DNA of 64,000 nt, taken from an uncultured delta proteobacterium. GTDB lineage: Bacteria > Desulfobacterota > BSN033 > UBA1163. Shown piece by piece: positions 35,186 to 45,368 of the stretch (positions within the stretch are counted from its first letter, which is position 1; each line of letters opens with the position of its first letter). A model generated the notes under the pieces. That model did not search any database. It saw only the letters and a list, made by a program, of their open reading frames with translations, and was not told where the DNA came from. The translations under genes were made by a program, and so were the position numbers. The DNA lies in contig CAVPSJ010000005.1 of NCBI GenBank assembly GCA_963708295.1, forward strand, positions 96,001 to 160,000. Direction: 5' to 3'.

Positions 35186-35880
35186 AAGTCCTTGGGATCG
35201 ATACCTCGACATCGTGCGGGGCTGTGGGATTGATTGATGATGGAGAAGTCCTCTCCGATACCCTTCTCCATATTCCGGTCACTCATTCTGAAACGCTCCT
35301 TGGCGCAATTGAGTTTGTCCTCAGGGAAGCTCGTTGCTCTATCGACGACGTCGATGGATGGGCCCTCTCTCTCGGCCCGGGCTCCTTTACGGGATTGAGA
35401 ATCGGCGTGAGCACCGTGAAGGGCCTGGCCTTTGCTACCGGAAAACCTGTCGCGGGCGTGGCCACCCTTGACGTCTTGGCTTCTCAAGTTTCACCCACCT
35501 CTTACCTCATCTGCCCGATCCTCGACGCCAGAAGAAAGGAGGTCTACTCCGCTTTCTATCGTTATAAGGACAGAAGTTTTCTGGAACGACAAACCGATGA
35601 TCAAGCCCTTCGACCCGAAGACCTCGCCAGGAAGATCACGGAACAGACGATTCTCATCGGTGACGGAGTGAAAACTTACAAAGACTTCCTCCTTCGCTCT
35701 CTCCCCTCTCTGGCCATCTTCCCGGCTGCTCCCCTCCATTTCCCTCATGGCTCCGTAGTGGCAACATTGGGGTTCGAACTCCTTAAAAAGGGGGAGCATC
35801 TGGATGTTTCAGCGTTCTCCCCTATTTATATCCGGCCCTCAGAAGCTGAAGTGAAATGGCGGGAAACCCATCCGGATTGA
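35182..35880 (+). CDS. tsaB: tRNA threonylcarbamoyladenosine biosynthesis protein TsaB (apparent CTG start)
   Basis: KVLGIDTST N-terminus, GPGSFTGLRIG, DARRKEVY. Confidence 0.93.
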   Translation: MKVLGIDTSTSCGAVGLIDDGEVLSDTLLHIPVTHSETLLGAIEFVLREARCSIDDVDGWALSLGPGSFTGLRIGVSTVKGLAFATGKPVAGVATLDVLASQVSPTSYLICPILDARRKEVYSAFYRYKDRSFLERQTDDQALRPEDLARKITEQTILIGDGVKTYKDFLLRSLPSLAIFPAAPLHFPHGSVVATLGFELLKKGEHLDVSAFSPIYIRPSEAEVKWRETHPD

Positions 35881-36222
35881 CCCATTCGGCGACGCCGAGT
35901 CCCCCAGCAAATCCGTAACCCCCCTTCCATCCCCCCTTATATTAAGGGGGGAATAGAGGGGGGTTATGTTTTGGAATTGGTTGATCAGATTGACCGGATT
36001 CCTGAAAAAAGGTCCTGCCATCGCTCAGGACACCGAGGGCCGAACACCCTGCAACCCCCAATCATGGCCGCATTCTAAAGGCCCTCTGTGTCGATAACCA
36101 TTCTGTCTACTGAAGAAAAACTGAGGGTAGGCAAGGAGGATCAGGACAGTTGACAAAAAGAGTGGATTATATTAACTTTTTTTGTTAAATTATCTTATAT
36201 TACAATTATATTGGGGACGGAT

Positions 36223-36441
36223 ATGGCGACAAGAGAAGAAGAACTGGTTGAAAGGCTGATGAGGGAGAATGAAGAGTTTTCAAAAACCAAACAGGCCCAC
36301 AGCCAGCTGGCAAAACAGCTGGACGAATTGGAAAAAAAACCTTTCCTCAGTCCCCAGGATGAGATGGAGATAAAAATCCTTAAGAAGAAAAAACTGGCAT
36401 TGAAAGACCAGATGGAAAAGATTCTGGTGAAATGCCGCTGA
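36223..36441 (+). CDS. DUF465/YdcH-like coiled-coil protein
   Basis: LKKKKLALKDQM motif; upstream of ilvB. Confidence 0.75.
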   Translation: MATREEELVERLMRENEEFSKTKQAHSQLAKQLDELEKKPFLSPQDEMEIKILKKKKLALKDQMEKILVKCR

Positions 36442-36589
36442 TGCCGGAGTGTTGGAATGATGGAGTAATGGAGTGATGGACAAAAGAAACCGGAAAAATA
36501 ATTGAATTTTTCTTCCCAACTAAATACGGTACTCCAATACTCCAGTACTCCAATACTCCGGTATTCCGATAATCCAATCATTGACGAAG

Positions 36590-38280
36590 ATGAAAAAAAC
36601 CGGTTCTCAAATCATTGTTGAGTGTTTAAAAAAAGAAGGGGTGGATATTGTTTTCAATTACCCCGGCGGCGCCGTCCTTCCGCTCTTCGATGAGTTTCAA
36701 GGCGCCCCGTTCCGGCAGGTCCTGGTCCGCCACGAGCAGGCTGCGGTCCATGCGGCCGACGGGTATGCCAGGGCAACGGGAAAAGTGGGGGTGGTATTGG
36801 TCACCTCCGGACCGGGGGCGACGAACACCGTAACAGGAATTGCCACAGCCTTCATGGACTCTATCCCTATTGTGATCATGACCGGCCAGGTCCCTACTCT
36901 TCTGATCGGAAACGACGCCTTCCAAGAAGCGGATATCATTGGTATTACAAGACCGTGCACCAAACATAACTACCTGGTCAAGGATGTCAAAGATCTGGCA
37001 CGAATCTTGAAACAAGCTTTCTATGTGGCGCGAAGCGGAAGACCCGGACCCGTCCTTGTTGACCTTCCCAAAGACATCCTGGTCGATTCGACAGAATTCA
37101 AGTATCCCGAGAAGGTCTTTATCCGCGGCTATCAGCCTACTTACGAGGGCCACCTCGGCCAGATTCAGAGGGCGATAAAACTGATCTTGAAGTCCCGTAA
37201 GCCTGTTCTCTACGTCGGTGGCGGGATCATTTCTTCAAACGCATCGAAGGAACTCACCCTTTTAGCGGAGAAGCTGGGTATTCCTGTGACCATGACCCTG
37301 ATGGGGTTGGGCAGCATTCCCGGGCAATCATCCGCTCTCGCTGGGCATGCTGGGGATGCATGGGACCTACTGGGCCAACATGGCGGTCATGGAGGCCGAC
37401 CTTCTCATCGCCATCGGGTCTCGATTTGATGACCGGGTCACCGGCAAGATCGAAGCCTTCGCCCCTCAGGCAAAAATCATTCATATCGACATCGATCCCA
37501 CCTCCATCAGCAAAAATGTGAGAGTCGATCTTCCCATCGTCGGGGATTGTAAACACATCGTTTCCAAAATTCTTTCCCTCCTCGAAAAGGAAGAGATCGA
37601 CTCCTTCAAAACAGGAATGGGAAAATGGCATCATCAGATCGATAAATTCAAAGCCATCCATAGCATGAATTACGACCAGAAGGGAATGATCAAGCCCCAG
37701 TACGTGATCGAGTCCATTTATGAGCTGACCAAGGGGGAGGCGATCATCTCCACCGAGGTGGGACAAAACCAGATGTGGACGGCTCAGTATTTCCCGTTCG
37801 TCAAGCCGAGGACGCTGCTCACTTCAGGGGGGCTTGGGAACAATGGGCTACGGATTTCCAGCGGCCATGGGCGCGCAGGCGGCCTTCCCGAACAAGCTGG
37901 TGATTGATATTTCAGGCGATGGAAGTTTTCAGATGAACTCTCAGGAACTGGCGACCATCGTCCAGTACCGTCTGCCGGTCAAAGTGGTCATCCTGAACAA
38001 CGGCTACCTTGGAATGATCAGACAATGGCAGGAGTTCTTCTACGGGAAACGATACGCCTCCTCTTCTCTGGAAGGGTTTTCTCCGGACTTCGTCAAATTG
38101 GCAGAGGCTTACGGAGCGGTGGGTTTGAGAACGAACAAGCCCGAGGAGGTGGTCCCTCTCCTGAAGAAGGCCTTCTCCATCCCCGAGCCTGTCATCATCG
38201 ATTTTGAGGTCGATCCGGAAGAGAATGTCTATCCGATGGTGCCTGCGGGAGAAGCGCTGAATCAGATGAGACTGATATAA
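36590..38280 (+). CDS. ilvB: Acetolactate synthase large subunit (two frameshifts)
   Basis: [35 protein letters not shown]...NN across three ORFs. Confidence 0.93.
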
Positions 38281-38399
38281 TGAAGAATGGAATGATGGAG
38301 CAATGGAGTAGTGAGAAAAAGAAATCACAATATTCTATATCCTTTGTACCCATTACTCCAAAACTCCATTACTCCACGATTCCAGCCTTTGAGGCTTAA

Positions 38400-38897
38400 A
38401 TGCGTCATGTGATCACTCTTTTGGTTGAAAATGAATTTGGCGTTCTGACCCGGATTGCGGGACTCTTCAGCGGCAGGGGGTTCAACATCGAGAGCCTGTG
38501 TGTGGCCGAGACCCTCGACCCCACCGTCTCGACGATGACCCTGGTCACCCGGGGAGACGACCAGATCCTCGAGCAGGTGCTCAAGCAGCTGAATAAATTG
38601 ATCCCCGTCATCAAAGTGGTGGATCTCATCGAGAAGGACTTTGTCGAGCGGGAAATGATACTGGTTAAAGTGACGGCGACTTCCGGGACGAGAGAGGAAA
38701 TTCTCAGAGTGGTCGACATCTTCAGGGGGAAGGTGATCGATGTGGGAGCCAAAACCTACACGATCGAGGTCACGGGGGATGAAAAGAAGATCAATGCCCT
38801 CCTCGCCCTCCTGAAGCCTCTCGGCATCAAGGAATTGGTCCGGACAGGTCGTGTGGCCATGATCCGGGGGAGTAAACTCACGACAGAACCTTCCTAA
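38400..38897 (+). CDS. ilvN: Acetolactate synthase small subunit
   Basis: ENEFGVLTRIAGLFSGRGFNIESL. Confidence 0.95.
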   Translation: MRHVITLLVENEFGVLTRIAGLFSGRGFNIESLCVAETLDPTVSTMTLVTRGDDQILEQVLKQLNKLIPVIKVVDLIEKDFVEREMILVKVTATSGTREEILRVVDIFRGKVIDVGAKTYTIEVTGDEKKINALLALLKPLGIKELVRTGRVAMIRGSKLTTEPS

Positions 38898-38982
38898 TGC
38901 ATCCATCCTCTTCCGGTGATTTCCCGGACGGAAGGGCGACGAAGAAGAAGCGCAAGAAGAAGGGACTGCCGGAGAAGAAAAA

Positions 38983-39630
38983 ATGAGTGAACAGAATCGA
39001 TGACCGATTGCCAGAGAAGGATTCCCTTTCCTGATCCCCGCGGTCCTTTTAACGGTGGTTCTCGGGATCCTGGGTTGGAAGGTCTGGATGTCTCTGGGAA
39101 TCCTTGTCTCTCTATTCATCGCCTATTTTTTCAGGAACCCCAGGAGAGAAATTCCAGACCTTCAGAACATCATCCTTTCTCCGGCCGACGGCAGGATCGT
39201 GCATGTCGGGGAATGTCAGGAAGACCGTTTTTTAAAAGAAAAAACGTTGAAGGTAAGCATCTTTATGTCCCTGTTCGATGTCCATCTCAATCGGGCGCCT
39301 GTCTCCGGAAAGGTTCTGCAAAGAAATTACCTTCCGGGCCGATTTCTGGTGGCCCATGTAGAGAAGTCGTCCCTTCTCAACGAGCAAAACGCCGTGATCC
39401 TGGAAACGGAGGATCGGCTCAAAATCCTTCTGGTCCAGATTGCGGGTTTCGTCGCAAGGAGGATCGTCTGTTATGCCAAGACGGGCGATCTCTTGAGGAA
39501 GGGAGAAATCTTTGGCTTGATCCGATTCGGATCGAGGGTCGATCTCTACCTGCCCCCTGAAGTGAAACCGATTGTCAGGGTGGGACAGCATGTGAAGGGA
39601 GGGGAGTCGATCATCGGGTATCGAGCATGA
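38983..39630 (+). CDS. psd: Phosphatidylserine decarboxylase proenzyme (in-frame TGA at codon 7)
   Basis: PIAREG, FFRNP, SPADG, FGSRVD; ATG 38983 is in frame with ORF 39055-39630 apart from TGA 39001-39003. Confidence 0.88.
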
Positions 39631-39654
39631 AAAAGAGAAAAGCCCCCAGTCAAA

Positions 39655-40408
39655 ATGAGAAAAGGGATTTACATCCTTCCCAATCTTCTCACCACAGGGA
39701 ATCTTCTGTGCGGATTCTGGGCGATTATCTCCGTGTTTCAGGAACAATATTACTATGCGGCCGTCGCCATTCTTCTGGCGGCGGTTTTCGATGCCTTTGA
39801 CGGAAAAGTGGCCAAGCTCTCAGGGGCCACCTCCAAATTCGGAGTGCAGTATGATTCACTGGCCGACCTTGTTTCCTTCGGAGTCGCCCCGGCACTGCTC
39901 GCCTTCAGTTGGGCGTTGCGGCCCTACGGAAAATTCGGTTGGCTGGCCGCATTCACTCTTCGTGGCCTGTGGGGCCATCCGGCTGGCCAGATACAACGTG
40001 CTGGCCTCTACCGGAGAGACAAAATATTTCAAAGGCGTCCCCATCCCTGTGGCAGCTGCGATGATCGCCCTGACCATCCTTCTCTACCTCCGATTGGTCG
40101 AAACGGGGTGGATCAAGGACATCGTCATTCTCGTTATGATCTATGTCCTGGCCTTTCTCATGGTATCGAACATTCGGTACTACAGCTTCAAGGAACTTGG
40201 CCTCGCAAAACGAAAGCCCATCAGCAGTTTTGTCTTCGTCGTCCTTTCGCTGATTGTGATCGTCATGGAACCGGTCGTCGTCCTCTCTGCCTTCGTCCTC
40301 TTGTATGTCTGTTCCGGGCCGGTCAGCATGATCTGGGCCTGGCACAGGAAGAGAGTACTGAGAAAGACGGAGCCCATTCCCGAGGAGGACCTGGTGATCC
40401 GTGGCTGA
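39655..40408 (+). CDS. pssA: CDP-diacylglycerol--serine O-phosphatidyltransferase (frameshift near 39960)
   Basis: LPNLLT, DAFDGKVA, DSLADLVSFGVAP, RLARYN. Confidence 0.92.
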
Positions 40409-40461
40409 AACATTTTTAGATTGCCATCTGGGGTATTTTCATGTAAGTTGTTAGTTTATAT

Positions 40462-40527
40462 TCCTCGGTCCTGCAAGCAGGCAATCGGCAGAGTCCCGCC
40501 AAAGGTGGGATTAACCACTAGGTTGCA
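40462..40527 (+). pseudogene. Degenerate 5' copy of tRNA-Asn with two palindromic substitutions
   Basis: TCCTCGGT, CAATCGGCAGAG and TTAACCACTAGGTTGCA are identical to the downstream tRNA; the segments between them are replaced by hairpins. Confidence 0.75.
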
Positions 40528-40557
40528 AAGGAAAAGAAAGAATCAAGTGTTTTATGT

Positions 40558-40633
40558 TCCTCGGTAGCTCAATCGGCAGAGCGGGTGGCTGTTAACCACT
40601 AGGTTGCAGGTTCGAGTCCTGCCCGGGGAGCCA
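40558..40633 (+). tRNA. tRNA-Asn (GTT)
   Basis: 76-nt cloverleaf; acceptor TCCTCGG/CCGGGGA; anticodon GTT at 40591-40593; GGTTCGAGTCC T-arm; encoded CCA. Confidence 0.97.
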
Positions 40634-40873
40634 GATTAAAAAAGGGGGCCCGGTTATGGTCCCCTTTTTTTAATCTGATTCTTGGTCCAGGGAGAACCTT
40701 TGTGAGCTTGCCCTGAGTGAAACGAAGGGAGTCCTGCCCGGGATTTTTGATTTTCTTCTGATTCTTGGCTCAGGCGAGAACCTTTGTGAGCTTGCCCTCC
40801 TTCACCTTGCTCTGGACAAGCTCCCTTTGCGAGGGAAGTCCTGCCTCTCGTGAGTTTTTTCTCTGGAGGTCTC

Positions 40874-41098
40874 ATGGACAACTGGTGGGTCTACATCGTT
40901 GAGAAAAAGACAGGGCTATATGTTGGTATCACAACCGATTTGGAAAACAGAATGAGGCAACACGGACAGCGGATCCCCTTGTACTATGAAGGGCCTGTTT
41001 CAAAAAGTGACGCGCTCAAGCGAGAGAGAACGCTCAAAGGTTGGAGTAGACGGAAGAAACTCGAGCTGATTGCCACCGCCTTCACAAATGGCAGGTGA
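40874..41098 (+). CDS. Small GIY-YIG nuclease (UPF0213/YhbQ-like)
   Basis: WVYIV...LYVGITTDLENRMRQH, ALKRERTLKGWSRRKK. Confidence 0.85.
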   Translation: MDNWWVYIVEKKTGLYVGITTDLENRMRQHGQRIPLYYEGPVSKSDALKRERTLKGWSRRKKLELIATAFTNGR

Positions 41099-41136
41099 GT
41101 AGTTTCGACCCTAGTGACCGATTTATCCTGAGCTTG

Positions 41137-41263
41137 AAGCAGCTTGATATCCGGAAATATCTTTTCGACATCAACGAGGCCTGTGAATTACTGCTTCAAT
41201 TTACCGCTGGAAAAACCTTTTCAGATTATTCTACTGACGCTATGCTACGTTCCGCTGTCGAAC
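41137..41263 (+). pseudogene. N-terminal fragment of a DUF86/HepT-like toxin
   Basis: LDIRKYLFDINEACELLLQFTAGKTFSDY..DAMLRSAVER, then unrelated sequence. Confidence 0.6.
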
Positions 41264-41353
41264 GGCCAACCTCTCTACCCTCCAAAAACAGGTGGCTGCT
41301 AGTCTGCCCCGGGATGTTCTTTTATCTCCGTACCCCATCTGCTCTTCCGTCCC

Positions 41354-41620
41354 TTACTCGTAATGAGTCCACATTCGAATGACCTTGACGGTTCTTATGT
41401 CTTCCAAGACCTGGTAGACGAGACGGTGCTGGATATTGATTCGACGCGAATAGGCTCCGGAGAGGTCTCCGACGAGCTTTTCAAACGGCGGAGGGGTTTG
41501 AAAAGGATTCTTGGACAGGATTTGGAGCAACTTCTCGGCTTTGGGCTTCAGGCCCGCACTCGCGATCTTCTTTGCATCTTTCTGGGCTTGCCTGGTATAG
41601 ACAACCCTCCACGTTACCAT
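41354..41620 (-). CDS. yoeB: Txe/YoeB family toxin
   Basis: PPFEKLVGDLSGAYSRRINIQHRLVY...WTHYE. Confidence 0.9.
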   Translation of the reverse strand: MVTWRVVYTRQAQKDAKKIASAGLKPKAEKLLQILSKNPFQTPPPFEKLVGDLSGAYSRRINIQHRLVYQVLEDIRTVKVIRMWTHYE

Positions 41621-41856
41621 CCAGGTTTCTCGCTACACTTCTTAACGGGCGTCTTAAGACCCTTCCGAATGGATTCTCTCATTCCCGGAATCGATAAGAG
41701 ATAGAGTGTTTCTTGAATGGATCGCCAGTCCTCTTCGGAGATCAAGATAGCGTTTGCCCTCTTTCCCGTGATCTGGATGGGCTCGTGGGATTCTCCGGCC
41801 TGGTCGAGCAATTTATAAAGGTTTGCCCTCGCTTCCGTGGCCTTAATGGTTGTCAT
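41614..41856 (-). CDS. yefM: Phd/YefM family antitoxin
   Basis: ATEARANLYKLLD, EDWRSIQETLYLLS; overlaps the toxin gene. Confidence 0.9.
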   Translation of the reverse strand: MTTIKATEARANLYKLLDQAGESHEPIQITGKRANAILISEEDWRSIQETLYLLSIPGMRESIRKGLKTPVKKCSEKPGW

Positions 41857-42031
41857 AGCAGTCACCTCAATTGTTAACGTACATTAAAACGTACGCAATG
41901 TCAAGCGTTTTCTGGCTGGCGCAGAATCCCAACCTTTCAGTTTGACCCTAATTTCCCGTCTGCACCAACAGATTCCGGTCATTCTTCTGAAGTGGAGGAA
42001 GTTTCCCTCATGAATAGGTGTCAGGTCTACA

Positions 42032-42797
42032 CTATTCACTTAATATTCTCTTGAGCTTATCAACCTTCTCTGATAGCTTCGCATCCCCTTTTAATCTCTC
42101 TTCGAGCCTTCGCGTATTCTGGCTCACCGCAGAAGGGCCGATCCCTCCGAAATGCCTTCCAATCTCGCCTAAGGACTCCCCGCTCAGACGATGGGAGAGA
42201 TACAGGGCAACCCTTCTCGATTCAGCTGCTTCATTTCCCAATAGACTCTCTGCTTCTTTCCGTATAGACGACAATTCAGGCCACTTGGAAACCTGCCGTA
42301 ATGAAGGGATGTCCCGATGATGAGCCCTTTTCCCAACGCAGTTCTCTCTCACCCAATCGACAAATTCTTCAGATCCTAATATCGCCGAACTGACCACCTG
42401 TTCCAGCGGATCTTTTGTCGCTCTTCCGCTAACCTCCCCTACGAACTTCCGATATCCCTTACGTGCCCTCTTCTCGTTTCTGCTGATTTGACCCAGTATC
42501 CATTCGGTCTTTACCCAATGCCGCCCTTTTCTGTCCGCCGCATAGTCCATATAGCTGCTCCAAGGGTACAATCGAGGGTCCTTCACCCTATGAGCCCTCA
42601 CAGAATTAAGATGGATGTATCGCGATAACTCCATCGCATACTGATCCTTATCCACCAGGATCGCTCGATATCTGCCCTGAAACAGATGGCCTGCTCTCCC
42701 CGTCTTCGCATTGAAATAGTTGGTATAGCCGGTATTTAGGTGATGCAAGATCTGGCGGAGATTCCCCCTTGGAGTCTCCAGAAGTAGATGGTAGTGG
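42032..42797 (-). pseudogene. 5'-truncated Y1 HUH (RAYT-type) transposase copy
   Basis: Nearly identical to 53287-54228 from HYHLL onward; similarity ends abruptly at 42797. Confidence 0.85.
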
Positions 42798-43094
42798 CAT
42801 TGACGAGAGGCCCCAGGAAAATGATAGTAGTAAATAAGAGAGTTAGCTGGCTCATGCTCTCTGAAAATAGGATTCGTTTAAAGAGCTCTTACCAACCTTC
42901 CAACTTGACTTAAAAATTAAGTCAGAAGTGACACCCTTGCTCGGAGGTTAGTGACTCAATACCCAATGAACCCGACAACCCAATAGACCCAATAACCCAA
43001 CAAACCCAATGAACTCAATAACTCAATAACTAATTAATTGGGCCAACTTTTTTATGGATGACTATGGAGATTAGTATTCAAAAACTCGGCTTGT

Positions 43095-43923
43095 GTAGGG
43101 TCAAGGAATGGCGAGTTACGTTAGGTATCCCCTTGGCCGTATCCGCCGTTTCCGGCTTCGTGCCCGTTTAGGCTCTCCCTAGCACTTCTCCATCCCCTGC
43201 CACCTCAAACCGTACGTGAGGTTTTCCCTCATACGGCTTTCCTGTTCTCTTCGCAACAAAGCTTATACACCTATCGGCTTGGAGCTGCTTTTGGAAAAGG
43301 ATAGCGTAGATATCTTTCCTACTCCACCACTTCCAGCCGAATCAGTCTTCGCTTTGCTGTATATCTTTCGCCTCAGTCCATGCAGACTCACGGAAGCTTT
43401 TATCATTCTCCCCTGCCTCTCCTCCGTCGAAAGATCCAAGGTACAGCAGAGCCCCTTCGCTCCGGTAAGGTTATGTTGTCCTTACCCTCTTCGCTACTAC
43501 GGGCTCATCCGCCACCCTCTCGCCTCTCGGTTCACTTCGTCTTCCGACTTATAGAACCTACCTGCTCCTGTCGTTTCCGTCAGGGACGAGGAGGGCTTCC
43601 CCAGTTGATAGCACACCTCTCTGTCCGTGTCGCCGCTGCTACCCCGCCACCGCCCTTCTACTTCTCAGCCAGTGTCAGTAGAAGAGTTCTGCCTTCGCCC
43701 ACATTCAAGAGGCTCGGCCAGTGGGAACTCGTCTCTTACGAGGCTACATCTACGTTCACGTAAGTTACGACCCGGATCGTTGCTCATCCCGCCTTGCGGA
43801 ACTTTGTCGATGGGCTTCAGGAGGAAGCGTTTCCCCTTCCTCCTGCCATCCAAGCTACGTGGCTCTGGCTTTTACCACGACGGGTCTTTCACCCGCTAGT
43901 ATGCGCTACCCTTCGCTGGGCAC
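43095..43923 (-). ncRNA. Group II intron with an internally deleted RT ORF
   Basis: 5' GTGCCCAGCG; domain V GAAAGCCGTATGAGGGAAAACCTCACGTACGGTTTG; 3' end CCTTGACCCTAC; RT remnants MIKASVSLHGLRRKIYSKAK and FGWKWWSR. Confidence 0.85.
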
Positions 43924-44181
43924 GCTGATAATGAAAGCCCTGACCCCGCTGGCCTAGCCTACAGCCATGCCATTGCTCGGAGAGTCGAGTGTTTATCGAT
44001 TCCACCGAATCTGTAGGGTCACCTGGAAAGCTGTCGCAAGGAAGGGATGTCCCGATGAGAGGCCCCCTTCCCGACCCCTGTTCGGCTCTCAACGACATGA
44101 CGACAGGAGCAAACCACAAAAGGAGGATTACAAAAGTGGGAAAGGTATATCTTCAGAAGAGGAAAAGACCTCATATCCGCA

Positions 44182-45222
44182 TCATCGATATTGAACCGTC
44201 ACGGCACGGAGCAATCGTTCATTGTCCAATACCATTCCGGCACCTAAAACAATAGACGAAAGGGGATCGTCTGCGATCGTAATGGGAAGGCTGGTCACTT
44301 CCCGGAGTAAAACATCGAGGTTCTTCAAAAGAGCCCCTCCGCCCACCAAAACAATCCCTTTGTCCACAATATCTGCTGCCAGCTCAGGGGGGGTTCCTTC
44401 CAAAGTGATCCGAACGGTATCGATGATGGTATTGATCGATTCAGCCAAGGCCTCTCGCACTTCCTCACTGTTGATTTCAAGGGTTTTAGGAATGCCCGTT
44501 ACCAAGTCTCTTCCTTTTACTTCGACCGTTTGAGGATTCTCATCGGGATAGGCGGTCCCCACATTAATCTTGATCAATTCGGCCGTTCGTTCGCCGATCA
44601 GAAGGTTGTACTTTCTTTTGACGTACTGGACAATCGCCTCATCCATCTTATCACCGGCGACCCGGATGGACTGACTGGTTACAATCCCCGACAGGGAGAT
44701 GACCGCCACTTCCGTGGTCCCCCCGCCGATATCCACTACCATATTCCCAGAGGCTTCGGTGACCGGAAGCCCCGCTCCAATGGCAGCGGCCATGGGCTCC
44801 TCGATTAAATAAATTTCTCTTGCACCAGCGGACTGGGCCGATTCCCGGACCGCACGTTTTTCTACAGGCGTGATGCCAGAGGGGACCGAGATGACTACCC
44901 GGGGCCGGAGCAGAGTTTTTCGATTATGAGCTTTAGCAATGAAATAACGAAGCATCTCACCGGTGATTTCGAAATCGGCAATGACCCCATCCTTTATCGG
45001 CCGGATAGCGAAAATGTTGCCTGGCGTTCGACCCAACATCTCTTTAGCTGCACGGCCCACGGCCAGGACGCTTTTTCCTCCTTTCGAATCCCTTTGAATG
45101 GCCACCACAGAGGGCTCGGAAAAAAGGATCCCCTTTCCCTTTACATAGACGAGGGTATTCGCCGTTCCCAAATCAATGGCCAGGTCCGTTGAAAACAGAC
45201 CCAAGAATGCATCAAATACCAT
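44182..45222 (-). CDS. mreB: Rod shape-determining protein MreB
   Basis: [30 protein letters not shown]. Confidence 0.96.
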   Translation of the reverse strand: MVFDAFLGLFSTDLAIDLGTANTLVYVKGKGILFSEPSVVAIQRDSKGGKSVLAVGRAAKEMLGRTPGNIFAIRPIKDGVIADFEITGEMLRYFIAKAHNRKTLLRPRVVISVPSGITPVEKRAVRESAQSAGAREIYLIEEPMAAAIGAGLPVTEASGNMVVDIGGGTTEVAVISLSGIVTSQSIRVAGDKMDEAIVQYVKRKYNLLIGERTAELIKINVGTAYPDENPQTVEVKGRDLVTGIPKTLEINSEEVREALAESINTIIDTVRITLEGTPPELAADIVDKGIVLVGGGALLKNLDVLLREVTSLPITIADDPLSSIVLGAGMVLDNERLLRAVTVQYR

Positions 45223-45368
45223 TCCTTTGTTTTCTCCAGTTTTTTATGAGACGACACCATCTTAACAAACAGTTCACCTTGATTCAAGAAACTCCATCCT
45301 ATTTATTAGGAATAGCATATTATAGTTTACATTAGCCCAAGTAGGTCGTGCGACTTCATGGGTGACAC

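Noticed and set aside
39001-39003. TGA reassignment (genetic code 4 or 25)
   Set aside because: pyrH, frr, rseP and tsaB all end at TGA at the expected lengths.
42955-43035. Short repeat array as a CRISPR
   Set aside because: Degenerate 8-9-bp units without unique spacers; no cas genes.
43216-43957. Several plus-strand ORFs
   Set aside because: Antisense to the group II intron RNA; no protein motifs.
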